A stretch of DNA of 64,000 bases. It comes from Methanotrichaceae archaeon (GTDB lineage: Archaea; Halobacteriota; Methanosarcinia; Methanotrichales; Methanotrichaceae). Below, piece by piece: positions 19,676-28,806 of this stretch. The stretch is taken from contig CAWDLW010000027.1 of NCBI GenBank assembly GCA_963803145.1, positions 64,001 through 128,000 on the forward strand, read 5' to 3'. Below the pieces are notes generated by a model. The model worked only from the letters and a program-made list of their open reading frames with translations, had not been told where the DNA came from and did no database searches. A program made the translations under genes and the position numbers. Within the stretch, counting starts at the first letter, position 1. Each line of letters begins with the position of its first letter.

Positions 19676-20320
19676 CTAGCCACCTAAGGTTATATCTTGC
19701 TGCTTGTACCAATCCAGGGCCTTGTAGAAGTGCTCCGGCTGGAAATCAGGCCAGTAAGAATCAACCACATAGAAATCCGAATAGACCGATTGAACCGGCA
19801 GAAAACCGCTCAGCCTTCTTCTGCCGCCCCAGCGTATTATTAAATCAACCCTTGATACATCCGAAGATTGAATCTTCTCCACAAAGCGCTCCTGCTCTCC
19901 ACCTTCGACCATGGCGCGGCCCAGATCCCACTGCCAGCCATAATTCACCAGAAAGTTAATCTTAACTGCACCGGAGCCGAAGATGGTCCTTCTGGTATAG
20001 GGAAGAAGCTCCTTGGGAAACATCGGCGATTCCGAGTTGCCTACTATGAGAAGAGCTGCATCCTCGCTTGATATAATCTTAACAGCCTCTACACAAGCCT
20101 TTTGGAAGGATAGGGTCTGCTCCTTTGGCCTCTTGGTATTATCCTGCGTGAATCCATAGAAGGTTAGTTCCTTTATTTTCTCCTTCTTACATAGTTTGTA
20201 TAGAGATAAACCCGGAAATAGGCCTGCCTTATATCCTTCCTCCCTAGACAGTCCTCGCTCCTCTGCCCACCTTCTATTGCCGTCGGGAATAATTCCTATA
20301 TGCTTCGGTAATCTTTTCAT
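19676..20320 (-). CDS. uppS: cis-prenyltransferase (undecaprenyl diphosphate synthase family)
   Basis: PKHIGIIPDGNRRWA, YGFTQDN, DLIIRWGGRRRLSGFLP. Confidence 0.9.
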   Translation of the reverse strand: MKRLPKHIGIIPDGNRRWAEERGLSREEGYKAGLFPGLSLYKLCKKEKIKELTFYGFTQDNTKRPKEQTLSFQKACVEAVKIISSEDAALLIVGNSESPMFPKELLPYTRRTIFGSGAVKINFLVNYGWQWDLGRAMVEGGEQERFVEKIQSSDVSRVDLIIRWGGRRRLSGFLPVQSVYSDFYVVDSYWPDFQPEHFYKALDWYKQQDITLGG

Positions 20321-20347
20321 GGTTTTGATAACTACCTTAGAGCTGCA

Positions 20348-20393
20348 TAATTTACAGGAACTGAGTAATTTGCAGGAACTAGCATAATCTGCA
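20348..20393. repeat. Three imperfect direct repeats upstream of the uppS-like gene
   Basis: TAATTTACAGGAACT (20348), TAATTTGCAGGAACT (20366), TAATCTGCA (20385). Confidence 0.6.
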
Positions 20394-20708
20394 AATCGAA
20401 GTGGCATGCTGCCACACATTACTAAAATTGTATATGTTCTCTGAGGCTTTAAGCCTTTTCATACTATTAGTAGTAGAACTACTGTATTATCAATAGTAGT
20501 AATAATATCGTATTCTATAAGAGCTGTCTTATCTGCTTCAGATGAATACACGTCATTGTTATTGAAAATCCGAATTGTAGGGCCGAGATTATCGACTAAA
20601 AACATATCAGCCTTTTTATAAGCCCTTGAAGGATCCAGGCAAATATCATGATAAGTCACCATCTCAATAAGCAAATCACCATGTGAGATTATATCATCAT
20701 AGAGCCAA

Positions 20709-21470
20709 ATGGATGAAGTGATGCATGAAGGCCGTTTTTGGGAGCTGGACCTGATCAGAGGAATAGCTGTTGTAATGATGGTGCTGTTCCATCTGGCCTA
20801 TGATCTAAACTTTTTCGGCGTATATGCATTGGATATCTACTCTGGATTTTGGTTCTATTTCGCTCGCATAACTGCTGGCATCTTCATCCTTCTGGTCGGA
20901 GTCTCGCTTGCCCTTTTTGCATCAAGGTCTACACACCGGAGGCAAGCGGACCTCCCCTTAAAGTTTTTTAAAAGAGGCACTGAGATATTTTCCCTAGGTC
21001 TAGGAATTACGGCTGCCACCTATTTTCTAATTGGCAAAGGGTTCATCATCTTCGGAATCCTCCATTTCATTGGACTTTCTATAATATTGGCATATCCCTT
21101 CCTGAATTTTAAGACATTGAACGTGATAATTGGAGCAGTAATAATAGCTGTGGGCCTCTATCTGCAGAATCTTGCCTTCGATTTTCCATGGCTGCTTTGG
21201 CTAGGGCTCGCTCCGGCGGACTTTTATACCCTGGACTACTTCCCTCTGCTTCCATGGTTTGGACTGATACTTATAGGGATATACATGGGCGATGCACTCT
21301 ACGGAGGGTATAAGCGTAAGGTAGAACTGCCCGATCTGTCGAGCTATGCCTTCATGAAGCCCATGATACAACTGGGCAGAAACTCGCTTGCAATCTATAT
21401 TGTTCATCAGCCATTGCTGATCTTAGCTCTTTATCTTTTAGGGACAAAAATTTCAATCCCGCTTCAATAA
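20709..21470 (+). CDS. DUF1624 / heparan-alpha-glucosaminide N-acetyltransferase-like membrane protein
   Basis: ELDLIRGIAVVMMVLFH, DYFPLLPWFG, LGRNSLAIYIVHQP. Confidence 0.85.
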   Translation: MDEVMHEGRFWELDLIRGIAVVMMVLFHLAYDLNFFGVYALDIYSGFWFYFARITAGIFILLVGVSLALFASRSTHRRQADLPLKFFKRGTEIFSLGLGITAATYFLIGKGFIIFGILHFIGLSIILAYPFLNFKTLNVIIGAVIIAVGLYLQNLAFDFPWLLWLGLAPADFYTLDYFPLLPWFGLILIGIYMGDALYGGYKRKVELPDLSSYAFMKPMIQLGRNSLAIYIVHQPLLILALYLLGTKISIPLQ

Positions 21471-21584
21471 GACAGATATATTCATGTATTGCTACTATTG
21501 TGGTTCCCAATTAGAGTTGAATAAAAAATAGTTAAGGCCCTTCAGATAAATCACTAGCCCTGCGGCTGTCTACTCAGGCATGAT

Positions 21585-22490
21585 TCACTGGGCATATAGA
21601 CCTGCGCCCAGCCACCAGCCATTGTCCACCTTCTCGACATAGCTTAGCTTGAGCCTCGGCGTCATATTCTGTGATGGATCTGGATAGATATAATATGCGA
21701 ATCCTTTTCCCTCCATAGCTGCATCCATAGTGTCTCGAACGAATTTAACGCCATTTGGATCCGTTGCATTGATCCTGTTAGTGCCTATCAGATTCGGCTG
21801 AGTCGGGAGTGCGAGGGCGTTGCCGTTAAAGTCATAAGCGAACACATATAGGCCTCCTTTGAAGAATGCGCCGTTCTTATCGTTGAATTCCTTCAAAGCT
21901 CTCTCTTTTCCATTCTCTTTGGCATATTTAACAGCAGAATCAACGAAACTGACCAGATCATTCCTGGCTGTCTGACTAAAGTTGGCCGACATATTGGATA
22001 AATAGATTCCAGAGCCTAGCCACCAATTGTCGTCCACTTTCATCGCATAGCCAGTCTTGAACTCATTTCTGTTGCCGTGAGCTGGGTTTGGAAAGATGAA
22101 GTAAGTGAATCCCTCTCCACCTTTGGCAGCCTTGATAAGATTCTTAATGTAGGGAATGCCGTTGGAATCGGTCATATTCAGCTTGTTCACACCAATCCAA
22201 TCGGGCTTGAATGGGTGTGCGATATTTGTTCCCTGGAAATCATAGGCATAGATGTAGAGATCTCCTCTAACAAATGAGCCGGTCTTATTGCTGAACTCCT
22301 TCAGAGCCCGATCTTTGCCGTTTGCATGAGCATAAGCTACTGCTTCCTCTACAAAGTTGACGAGATCATCATGAGGCATGCCAATTGGCGATGATATGTT
22401 AACAGCCGTGCTGTAATTTCCATGGGCGGTATCGGCATGAACGCCGATTGGAACTACTAATAACAAAAATATAACTAGAGATGCCTTCAT
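21585..22490 (-). CDS. Secreted protein with two tandem Cache domains
   Basis: Signal peptide; duplicated YIYAYDFxG...AHP...GxN...DxNG...WWLGSGIY units. Confidence 0.85.
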   Translation of the reverse strand: MKASLVIFLLLVVPIGVHADTAHGNYSTAVNISSPIGMPHDDLVNFVEEAVAYAHANGKDRALKEFSNKTGSFVRGDLYIYAYDFQGTNIAHPFKPDWIGVNKLNMTDSNGIPYIKNLIKAAKGGEGFTYFIFPNPAHGNRNEFKTGYAMKVDDNWWLGSGIYLSNMSANFSQTARNDLVSFVDSAVKYAKENGKERALKEFNDKNGAFFKGGLYVFAYDFNGNALALPTQPNLIGTNRINATDPNGVKFVRDTMDAAMEGKGFAYYIYPDPSQNMTPRLKLSYVEKVDNGWWLGAGLYAQ

Positions 22491-22683
22491 TAGCTCCATA
22501 AGTACCATGATTTTTGATGGATATTTAAAGATTCTGTAGCATACGCTTAAAAGGGATTTGTCCTCATCTTTATCGCAATCCACATATTTATTCACATTTA
22601 TATTTGATCTTTTTCTTATAAGCTTTTTTGGAGGTTTTACCTTATCGATTAAGACCCTATAAAATGGAAAGGGTCCATCTTAT

Positions 22684-23685
22684 CTATTCTCCTGGCGTGT
22701 TTATAAAATGCTTGAGCCAGATAGTCACATACACCGCTCCTACCAGAAGACCCATAAAGTAGGTTATTAACCTCCATAATGCCACCAGAATTCCCAAGAG
22801 ATAGGTGGGAACGAACTTTCCATAAATATAGCTCATGCTGAACTCAGCTATGCCGCTGCTTCCGGGTGTCAGAGGCAGTAAACTGATTATTGTTATTATT
22901 ATTTGCGCAGTGATCGAATACAGTAAGCTGGGACTCTGATTCAGCCCAATTAGAAGGATGGATGGAATCAGGAACTCGCATGTCCATATAATCACTGTGA
23001 CTGCTGCCATTGCAGGCATCTCTTTCCTTGCTTCCTTGATAAGATTGATATCCGCCTCGCGGAAAAGCCATGCCTGCTTCTCTATGAAGTCGATAGTCTT
23101 TCCATTGCCTCTTTTTCGTCTAATCCAATCAAATAATCGCGATATTCTATCTGGCCTTTTTATGAGCTCCCAGAGAAAGATCATGAGAAGAATGATCAGC
23201 ACCAGGAAAATGCCGCCAATTTCAAGCCCAACACCAATAACGAAGTTCGTGAGCAAGAGGCAAGCTGCTAGAGCAGCCAAAAAGAGAAAGCTGTCTAATA
23301 GCCTCTCCGCCAAGACGATAGTCATAGCGGAGCCATAACTCATGCCATTATCGGCAAGCATTTTTATTCTAACAGGTTCACCCCCGGCAGTGGAAGGTGT
23401 CAATGAGGCAACAAAGAGGGAAGCAAGAGTGGTCTGCATAGCCAGACCAAAGCTCACCTCTTGAGCAACCAATTTTGACAGGATCTGTATCCTCAGAGAC
23501 CAAAAAACCCAGGAGAGTGCCTGGAGGATGATTGCCAAGATTACGAACGCTACATTGATGCTTGAAAGAGCCTGGTAGGTTACACTAGTATTTGTGAATT
23601 TGAAAATGATGGTTATAGTAACTAGGCTGATAAAGATGGCTAAGATCATCTCTCGAGCTATATTTTTCTTTAAGTCCAAGAACAC
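22684..23685 (-). CDS. UPF0104 / LPG-synthase TM flippase-like protein
   Basis: LTPSTAGGEPVR, ERLLD, PLTPGSSGIAE, LWRLITY. Confidence 0.85.
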   Translation of the reverse strand: MFLDLKKNIAREMILAIFISLVTITIIFKFTNTSVTYQALSSINVAFVILAIILQALSWVFWSLRIQILSKLVAQEVSFGLAMQTTLASLFVASLTPSTAGGEPVRIKMLADNGMSYGSAMTIVLAERLLDSFLFLAALAACLLLTNFVIGVGLEIGGIFLVLIILLMIFLWELIKRPDRISRLFDWIRRKRGNGKTIDFIEKQAWLFREADINLIKEARKEMPAMAAVTVIIWTCEFLIPSILLIGLNQSPSLLYSITAQIIITIISLLPLTPGSSGIAEFSMSYIYGKFVPTYLLGILVALWRLITYFMGLLVGAVYVTIWLKHFINTPGE

Positions 23686-24403
23686 CTTAACTCATCCTCC
23701 TCAAGTCATCCTCCTCAAGCCCAAATAGCTTATCTCCGTCGATGTATTACGCTTCATAACCTGCAAAGGAGAGATATTCCCTCGAAAGGAGTTCCGACTG
23801 CCAGGTTATCCAAAAAGTTGAAATCTATTGTCTCATCGCCCGCAAGGCTTTTGATGATCTGGAGAGCATTAGTAATCATACTGTTATGTATACCTACATA
23901 ATACTGAGCAATCGCAATATCTATAACTGCTGATGCAACAGATATTGATGGAGATATCGCTGGAAGAATAGCAAATGTCGTTATTGAATAAATCATAGCG
24001 ATATTATTGGTTTTGAGCGAGTAAATATCTTATGCCGGAATTTCAAAGTGAAGCTTCATCAAGCTTCAGAGATTACGTATAGACGTATAGGTCCTATGAT
24101 ATCGTCTCGAAGTTGAGGGATATAGCTATTATGCTTTCAGGGAATACCTCTCCGGAAATTTGGCAAGATCTCCTAAGCTCCACGAGCTTTGTAATATTTC
24201 CATCCACTCTGCTTCTAAACTCATCTTTCGATCGTGATGATGACATGAGAGTTATCGGCACTCTTATCATATAATCCAAAGCTCTAAGCATATTAATTAT
24301 TTTTTTAAGAACTTATCAAGGTAATTTTAATTGTTGAAAAGATATAAGTAATATTAGATACAATAGTATAAGGGTCAGGTTTTATCTGACATCTTTAAAG
24401 GAC

Positions 24404-24589
24404 GTGATAAATATGATGCAGAAAGGAGAAGAAACAGACGAGTCCGAAATGGAAGGCGACTGGGGCTGGTGGAAGAATGTTCCCGAAGATAAGAAGAAGG
24501 CCTTTATGAAGGCTAAAATGGATTTTAAGATAAAGAAAGTACAAGCAAAACTGGATTTCCTGAAGGAAATTCAGAGAATCTTCGGATAA
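24404..24589 (+). CDS. Small hypothetical protein
   Basis: AT-rich promoter-like region upstream, helical Lys-rich C-half, hairpin downstream. Confidence 0.55.
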   Translation: MINMMQKGEETDESEMEGDWGWWKNVPEDKKKAFMKAKMDFKIKKVQAKLDFLKEIQRIFG

Positions 24590-24601
24590 GGTATAGTATT
24601 A

Positions 24602-24633
24602 AAAGCTTCGAACATAAATATATTCGAAGCTTT
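24602..24633 (+). terminator. Inverted repeat after the small ORF
   Basis: AAAGCTTCGAA-N10-TTCGAAGCTTT. Confidence 0.5.
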
Positions 24634-25056
24634 CTTGTATTTTCTGAAGACCTTTTGTCAGCTCTTTATCTCCATTTTTCAGTCTTGAGGAGCATCGCCG
24701 CTTCCAGGAGAGAGCCATAAGGGCTCTTGCTTACGGTCCAGCAGAAGCTAAGTCATAAGGAGCAACAATAATCTATTTCCATGCCCAAGCCTACATAGTT
24801 ATTGCCATATTGTTCTACGCCAAGGGGTCGATCCCTTAGGAATTAAACTCATTTTTAAATACTTTACATGTCTGTTAATATTAACTATCATCAAAATAGA
24901 AATGTGGCGCAGATCAAACCACAATTTGAGGATGTAAATTGAAGGCAGCAGTTTCGTCGATTTAAATTCCAGAGATTAATGATGGCACTATAATCACTGA
25001 TGTAAATAATTATTGCACGTTTTCGAAGCACTATATAGGGAACGCCTGGGTGATAG

Positions 25057-27426
25057 ATGGACCGAATGGAAAAGCTCGGAGTATGGATAGCCAAAAACCC
25101 CCTGGTAATAGCAGCTGTGGTTATCCTCATGACTATCGCCTCGGTGAACTTTGCGAGCCAGATAGAGATGCATGGCTTAGACACCGAGGACTTTGTAAGT
25201 ACAAATTCTCCGCTTTACGAAGTTTACAATCACCTTTACCTTGAAAACTTCGGCACCCAGTCCATAGCCATCCTGGTCGAGGGCAACGACGTGACCAATG
25301 AGGACGTCCTCAAGGCCATGTTGCGCCTCACCGACCGTATAAAAACCGAACCAAATGTCGTAGACGCGGTGAGCGTTGCTGACTTAGCGGCAGATGCCGA
25401 GGCAGAGCAAAGCGGCGTTCGCCAGATCCCATCCCAGGATGAGATCGATGCCATCCTGACAGAGGTCAGCCCAAATCAGCTCCAAAGCATCATGCCCGAC
25501 AGCAGGCACACCCTGATATCGGTGGTAGAGCCCAGCTATTTGAACGATGCACAGCAGAAGGACGTGCTCACCGAGACCCAGGCTGCAGTTCAATTTGCCG
25601 ATTTTCCTCCTGGATACAACATCATAGTCACAGGCTCGCCTGCTCTCACGGTAGCGATCACCAACACCATGAGCAGCAGCCAGGTAGAGCTTCTGGCTTT
25701 ATCCGGAATTCTCATGGTAGTGGCTCTCCTCCTGGTTTTCAGACACGTCAAATGGCCGCTGCTTCCCATACCCACAGTCTTTCTCGGAATTATTTGGACA
25801 TTTGGAGCCATGGGACTTTTAAAGCTGCCCATTACCTTGATCTCCTTCTCAGCCTTTCCCATCCTCATTGGGATTGGCATAGATTACGCCATCCAGTTCC
25901 ACAATCGCCTCGATGAGGAGTTCGTCAAGGGCACTCCGCCTGTCCAGGCCATGGCCAATACTGTCAACCATGTGGCTATGCCGGTGTTGATTGCCCTGAC
26001 GGTGACTGGTGCTGGCTTCATCTCCCTCATCAGCTCCTCTGTGCCCATGGTGCGCCAGTTCGGGATACTATGTTTTATGGGGCTCATCATGTGCTACCTC
26101 TCTGCCCTCTTTGTGGGTATGACTGTCCTTTACAGGGTGGAAAAAAGTAGAACGGACAAGAGTGGCCTTGATAAAAGGAACTCCGATAAGAAGAGCCCTG
26201 ATAAGAGGAACCAGTCCGAGAAAAAGAATGGCGAAAGCCGTGAAGTTAAAGGGTCTTCGATTGGATTATTCCTGGCCAGGATCGCCGACTTCAGCATACA
26301 GCGGTGGCAGTTGGTCCTTGCTGTAGCTCTGCTCCTGGCCCTGGCAGGCAACTATGCCGACACCAAGGTGCAAGTGGAAACCAACACCAACAACTACATT
26401 CCCCAGGATCTGCCGCCCCTTGTCCAGTTCAGACATCTGACGGAGATCTTCGGAGGCACCGACTCTCTGCAGTTCCTAATCCGGGCTGATGACGTTACAG
26501 ATCCGTCTCTTCTGAAATGGATGGACGATTTTGGAAACTATATTTCCAGGACCAAGCTTGAGGTTTATGGCGTGGATGATTTGGCCACTGCAATAGAGCA
26601 GGCTAACGGCGGAGAGCTGCCTGACAATAGGACTGCCATCAGGGCCATAATCAACTCCATGTCTGCAACCACCCGGGATAGGTATCTCAGCGGCTATACA
26701 TTGACGGTGATGAACGTAAACCTGGGAAACGCACAGGCTAACCTCGGATCTGAGGGTATCGACCTTATGATAAGGAATTTCGACAGAGACCTGGCATTCA
26801 TGCCCCCACCGCCGAGGGTCTCAGTAACGATAACAGGTCAGCTGGTAGTTTTTTCTACAATCATTGGCGCCCTTACAACAGGCAGAACAGAGACCACGCT
26901 TATTGGCCTTGCACTGATTTTCCTCCTCCTCTTCTTGATCTACAGAGGCGACCTCATCAAAGCTCTCCTGCCGGTCCTTCCAATGCTGGTGGTCATAGGC
27001 TGGATAGGCGGGGTCATGTATCTAGCAGGCCTGAAGTACACGCCTCTGACTGCAACCCTTGGTGCATTGATCCTGGGCGTTGGATCGGAGTACGCCATAC
27101 TCATGATGGGACGGTTCTATGAGGAGCTGCCGAAGGAGCACGATCCTCTTAGAGCTCTAAATATCACCGCCAGCCGAATAGGATCGGCCCTGATCGCATC
27201 GGGAATGACGGTGGTCTTCGGCTTTGCCGCCCTTATAACCTCGCCCTTCAGCATCACCAGCAACTTTGGATTAGTGACGGTCATGGCGGTGCTCTTTGCC
27301 CTTCTGACCACCTTCACCGTCTTTGTGGTGCTCATGGTAAACTTGGAGGAAAGGCGCAGCACCTGGGAGAAGGTCAAGCTCAGACTTCAAAGAGCCCTCA
27401 AGCTCACCAGCCCGGGAGGAGATTAA
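25057..27426 (+). CDS. RND/MMPL transporter (HAE3 family)
   Basis: Two MMPL halves; GIGIDYAIQFHNR and GVGSEYAILMMGRF. Confidence 0.9.
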   Translation: MDRMEKLGVWIAKNPLVIAAVVILMTIASVNFASQIEMHGLDTEDFVSTNSPLYEVYNHLYLENFGTQSIAILVEGNDVTNEDVLKAMLRLTDRIKTEPNVVDAVSVADLAADAEAEQSGVRQIPSQDEIDAILTEVSPNQLQSIMPDSRHTLISVVEPSYLNDAQQKDVLTETQAAVQFADFPPGYNIIVTGSPALTVAITNTMSSSQVELLALSGILMVVALLLVFRHVKWPLLPIPTVFLGIIWTFGAMGLLKLPITLISFSAFPILIGIGIDYAIQFHNRLDEEFVKGTPPVQAMANTVNHVAMPVLIALTVTGAGFISLISSSVPMVRQFGILCFMGLIMCYLSALFVGMTVLYRVEKSRTDKSGLDKRNSDKKSPDKRNQSEKKNGESREVKGSSIGLFLARIADFSIQRWQLVLAVALLLALAGNYADTKVQVETNTNNYIPQDLPPLVQFRHLTEIFGGTDSLQFLIRADDVTDPSLLKWMDDFGNYISRTKLEVYGVDDLATAIEQANGGELPDNRTAIRAIINSMSATTRDRYLSGYTLTVMNVNLGNAQANLGSEGIDLMIRNFDRDLAFMPPPPRVSVTITGQLVVFSTIIGALTTGRTETTLIGLALIFLLLFLIYRGDLIKALLPVLPMLVVIGWIGGVMYLAGLKYTPLTATLGALILGVGSEYAILMMGRFYEELPKEHDPLRALNITASRIGSALIASGMTVVFGFAALITSPFSITSNFGLVTVMAVLFALLTTFTVFVVLMVNLEERRSTWEKVKLRLQRALKLTSPGGD

Positions 27427-28608
27427 ATGGTTATCAGAACAAATCCCAGAATGAATCCCAGAACATACCTCAGAATGTTTCCAAGAATCGATTCCAGAAT
27501 TGATCTCAGGATGGATATCAGAACAGTTCTTTGTATCTGTTTAACATGTCTTCTCATACCTGCAGCCACAGCCCAGACACTGCCCACTACTGCGGCCGAG
27601 TCCGCTCAGGCATATAGCACATATATACCGATTACAGGCGGCCAGAACTACTACAACTTCTACGGCGGTCCAGAGATTGATGCCAGTGTTAGTGGCAACG
27701 ATATGTTCAATCGAGGGGATACCGTAACTCTTCTGGTGAGCCTTGCCAACTACGGCCGAGTTACCGGGTTTCAGCAGGATAAGACGCCCACTACTCCAAC
27801 TGAGTATGCTCTGGCCAATGCCGAGCAGCAGGAGGAGGGGAAGATCACCAATGCCATAAACATCAAGGCCACACTCATATCCAATACAACCCAGATAGAG
27901 GTCCAGTCAGGGGATCAGGTGGTTCAATCTCTGATGGCAGGTCAGACAGCCACAAGCCCCCTCAGGTACACTCTCCAGATAGCCAACCACGCCCCGGCAG
28001 GGCTGTATCCTCTGACCCTCAGAGTAAGCTACGATTACCAGTCCAATGTGGAGGTCTATGCAGCCAATCTGGCCAACATCCAGGGCCTTCCCCCGGTTTT
28101 CGTCAACGGTCAGTGGTCTTACTTCTACAGTCATGTCGTTAAGAACCTGACAGTGCCAATAGAGGTGAAGAAGGCTGCAGATTTCCAGGTGGTTTCAAGC
28201 GAGGCCAACACTACTGCAGGCGCAACCAACGGCCCTATTGTTGTGACTTATAGAAATATTGGCAATCAGCCCGTTACGGACGCTGTAGCCAGGCTCAGCT
28301 TCTTCACTCCCTTCTCCTCAACGGATGACCAGGCGTATCTCGGCAATATGACGCCTGGAGAAGAAAAAACAGTTCTCTTCAGGGTAGACGTGGCCTCGGG
28401 GACTACGGCCAAAGAGTACGGGGTAAACAGCGAGATCAAATACACAGATATAAGGGGAGCTACCGCCCTGTCTGAGGTCCTGATGGTGCCCGTAACCGTC
28501 AATCCATCAGGTTCTTCCATCCTAATACCTGCGATCATCGTTGTAGTCTTGATCGTCGCCATTGGAGGATATTGGTACTTAAGGAGACGAAGAGGAAAGA
28601 ATACGTAA
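27427..28608 (+). CDS. COG1361 S-layer-domain protein, typical partner of HAE3 transporters
   Basis: Signal peptide, Ig-like domains (PFSSTDDQAYLG), C-terminal TM plus RRRRGK. True start may be 27511. Confidence 0.8.
   Translation: MVIRTNPRMNPRTYLRMFPRIDSRIDLRMDIRTVLCICLTCLLIPAATAQTLPTTAAESAQAYSTYIPITGGQNYYNFYGGPEIDASVSGNDMFNRGDTVTLLVSLANYGRVTGFQQDKTPTTPTEYALANAEQQEEGKITNAINIKATLISNTTQIEVQSGDQVVQSLMAGQTATSPLRYTLQIANHAPAGLYPLTLRVSYDYQSNVEVYAANLANIQGLPPVFVNGQWSYFYSHVVKNLTVPIEVKKAADFQVVSSEANTTAGATNGPIVVTYRNIGNQPVTDAVARLSFFTPFSSTDDQAYLGNMTPGEEKTVLFRVDVASGTTAKEYGVNSEIKYTDIRGATALSEVLMVPVTVNPSGSSILIPAIIVVVLIVAIGGYWYLRRRRGKNT
27433..27528 (+). repeat. Eight degenerate 12-bp tandem repeats
   Basis: atcagaacaaat cccagaatgaat cccagaacatac ctcagaatgttt ccaagaatcgat tccagaattgat ctcaggatggat atcagaacagtt. 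Confidence 0.7.
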
Positions 28609-28806
28609 AAAGTCTCAAAAGATTCGTCTAGCGCATAGCTGTTCAGCCCCATGGGCCTATATTGCCCTTCTTTTCGCTTTTAATTACAACACATACTTAA
28701 CTTTGCATTGTATGTCCGCTCATGACGTGCTGTTAGTAAACTATATTCCTACAACTTTATTATAAATACTGCATAAACCTTTCTAAAAATTACAAGAGAG
28801 GAGAAT

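Noticed and set aside
23754-24291. Two short minus-strand ORFs
   Set aside because: No recognisable motif; possibly gene remnants, but unsupported.
27433-27528. Possible CRISPR array (also considered for 20348-20393 and 51577-51608)
   Set aside because: Repeats are short, degenerate or directly adjacent, with no unique spacers and no cas genes.
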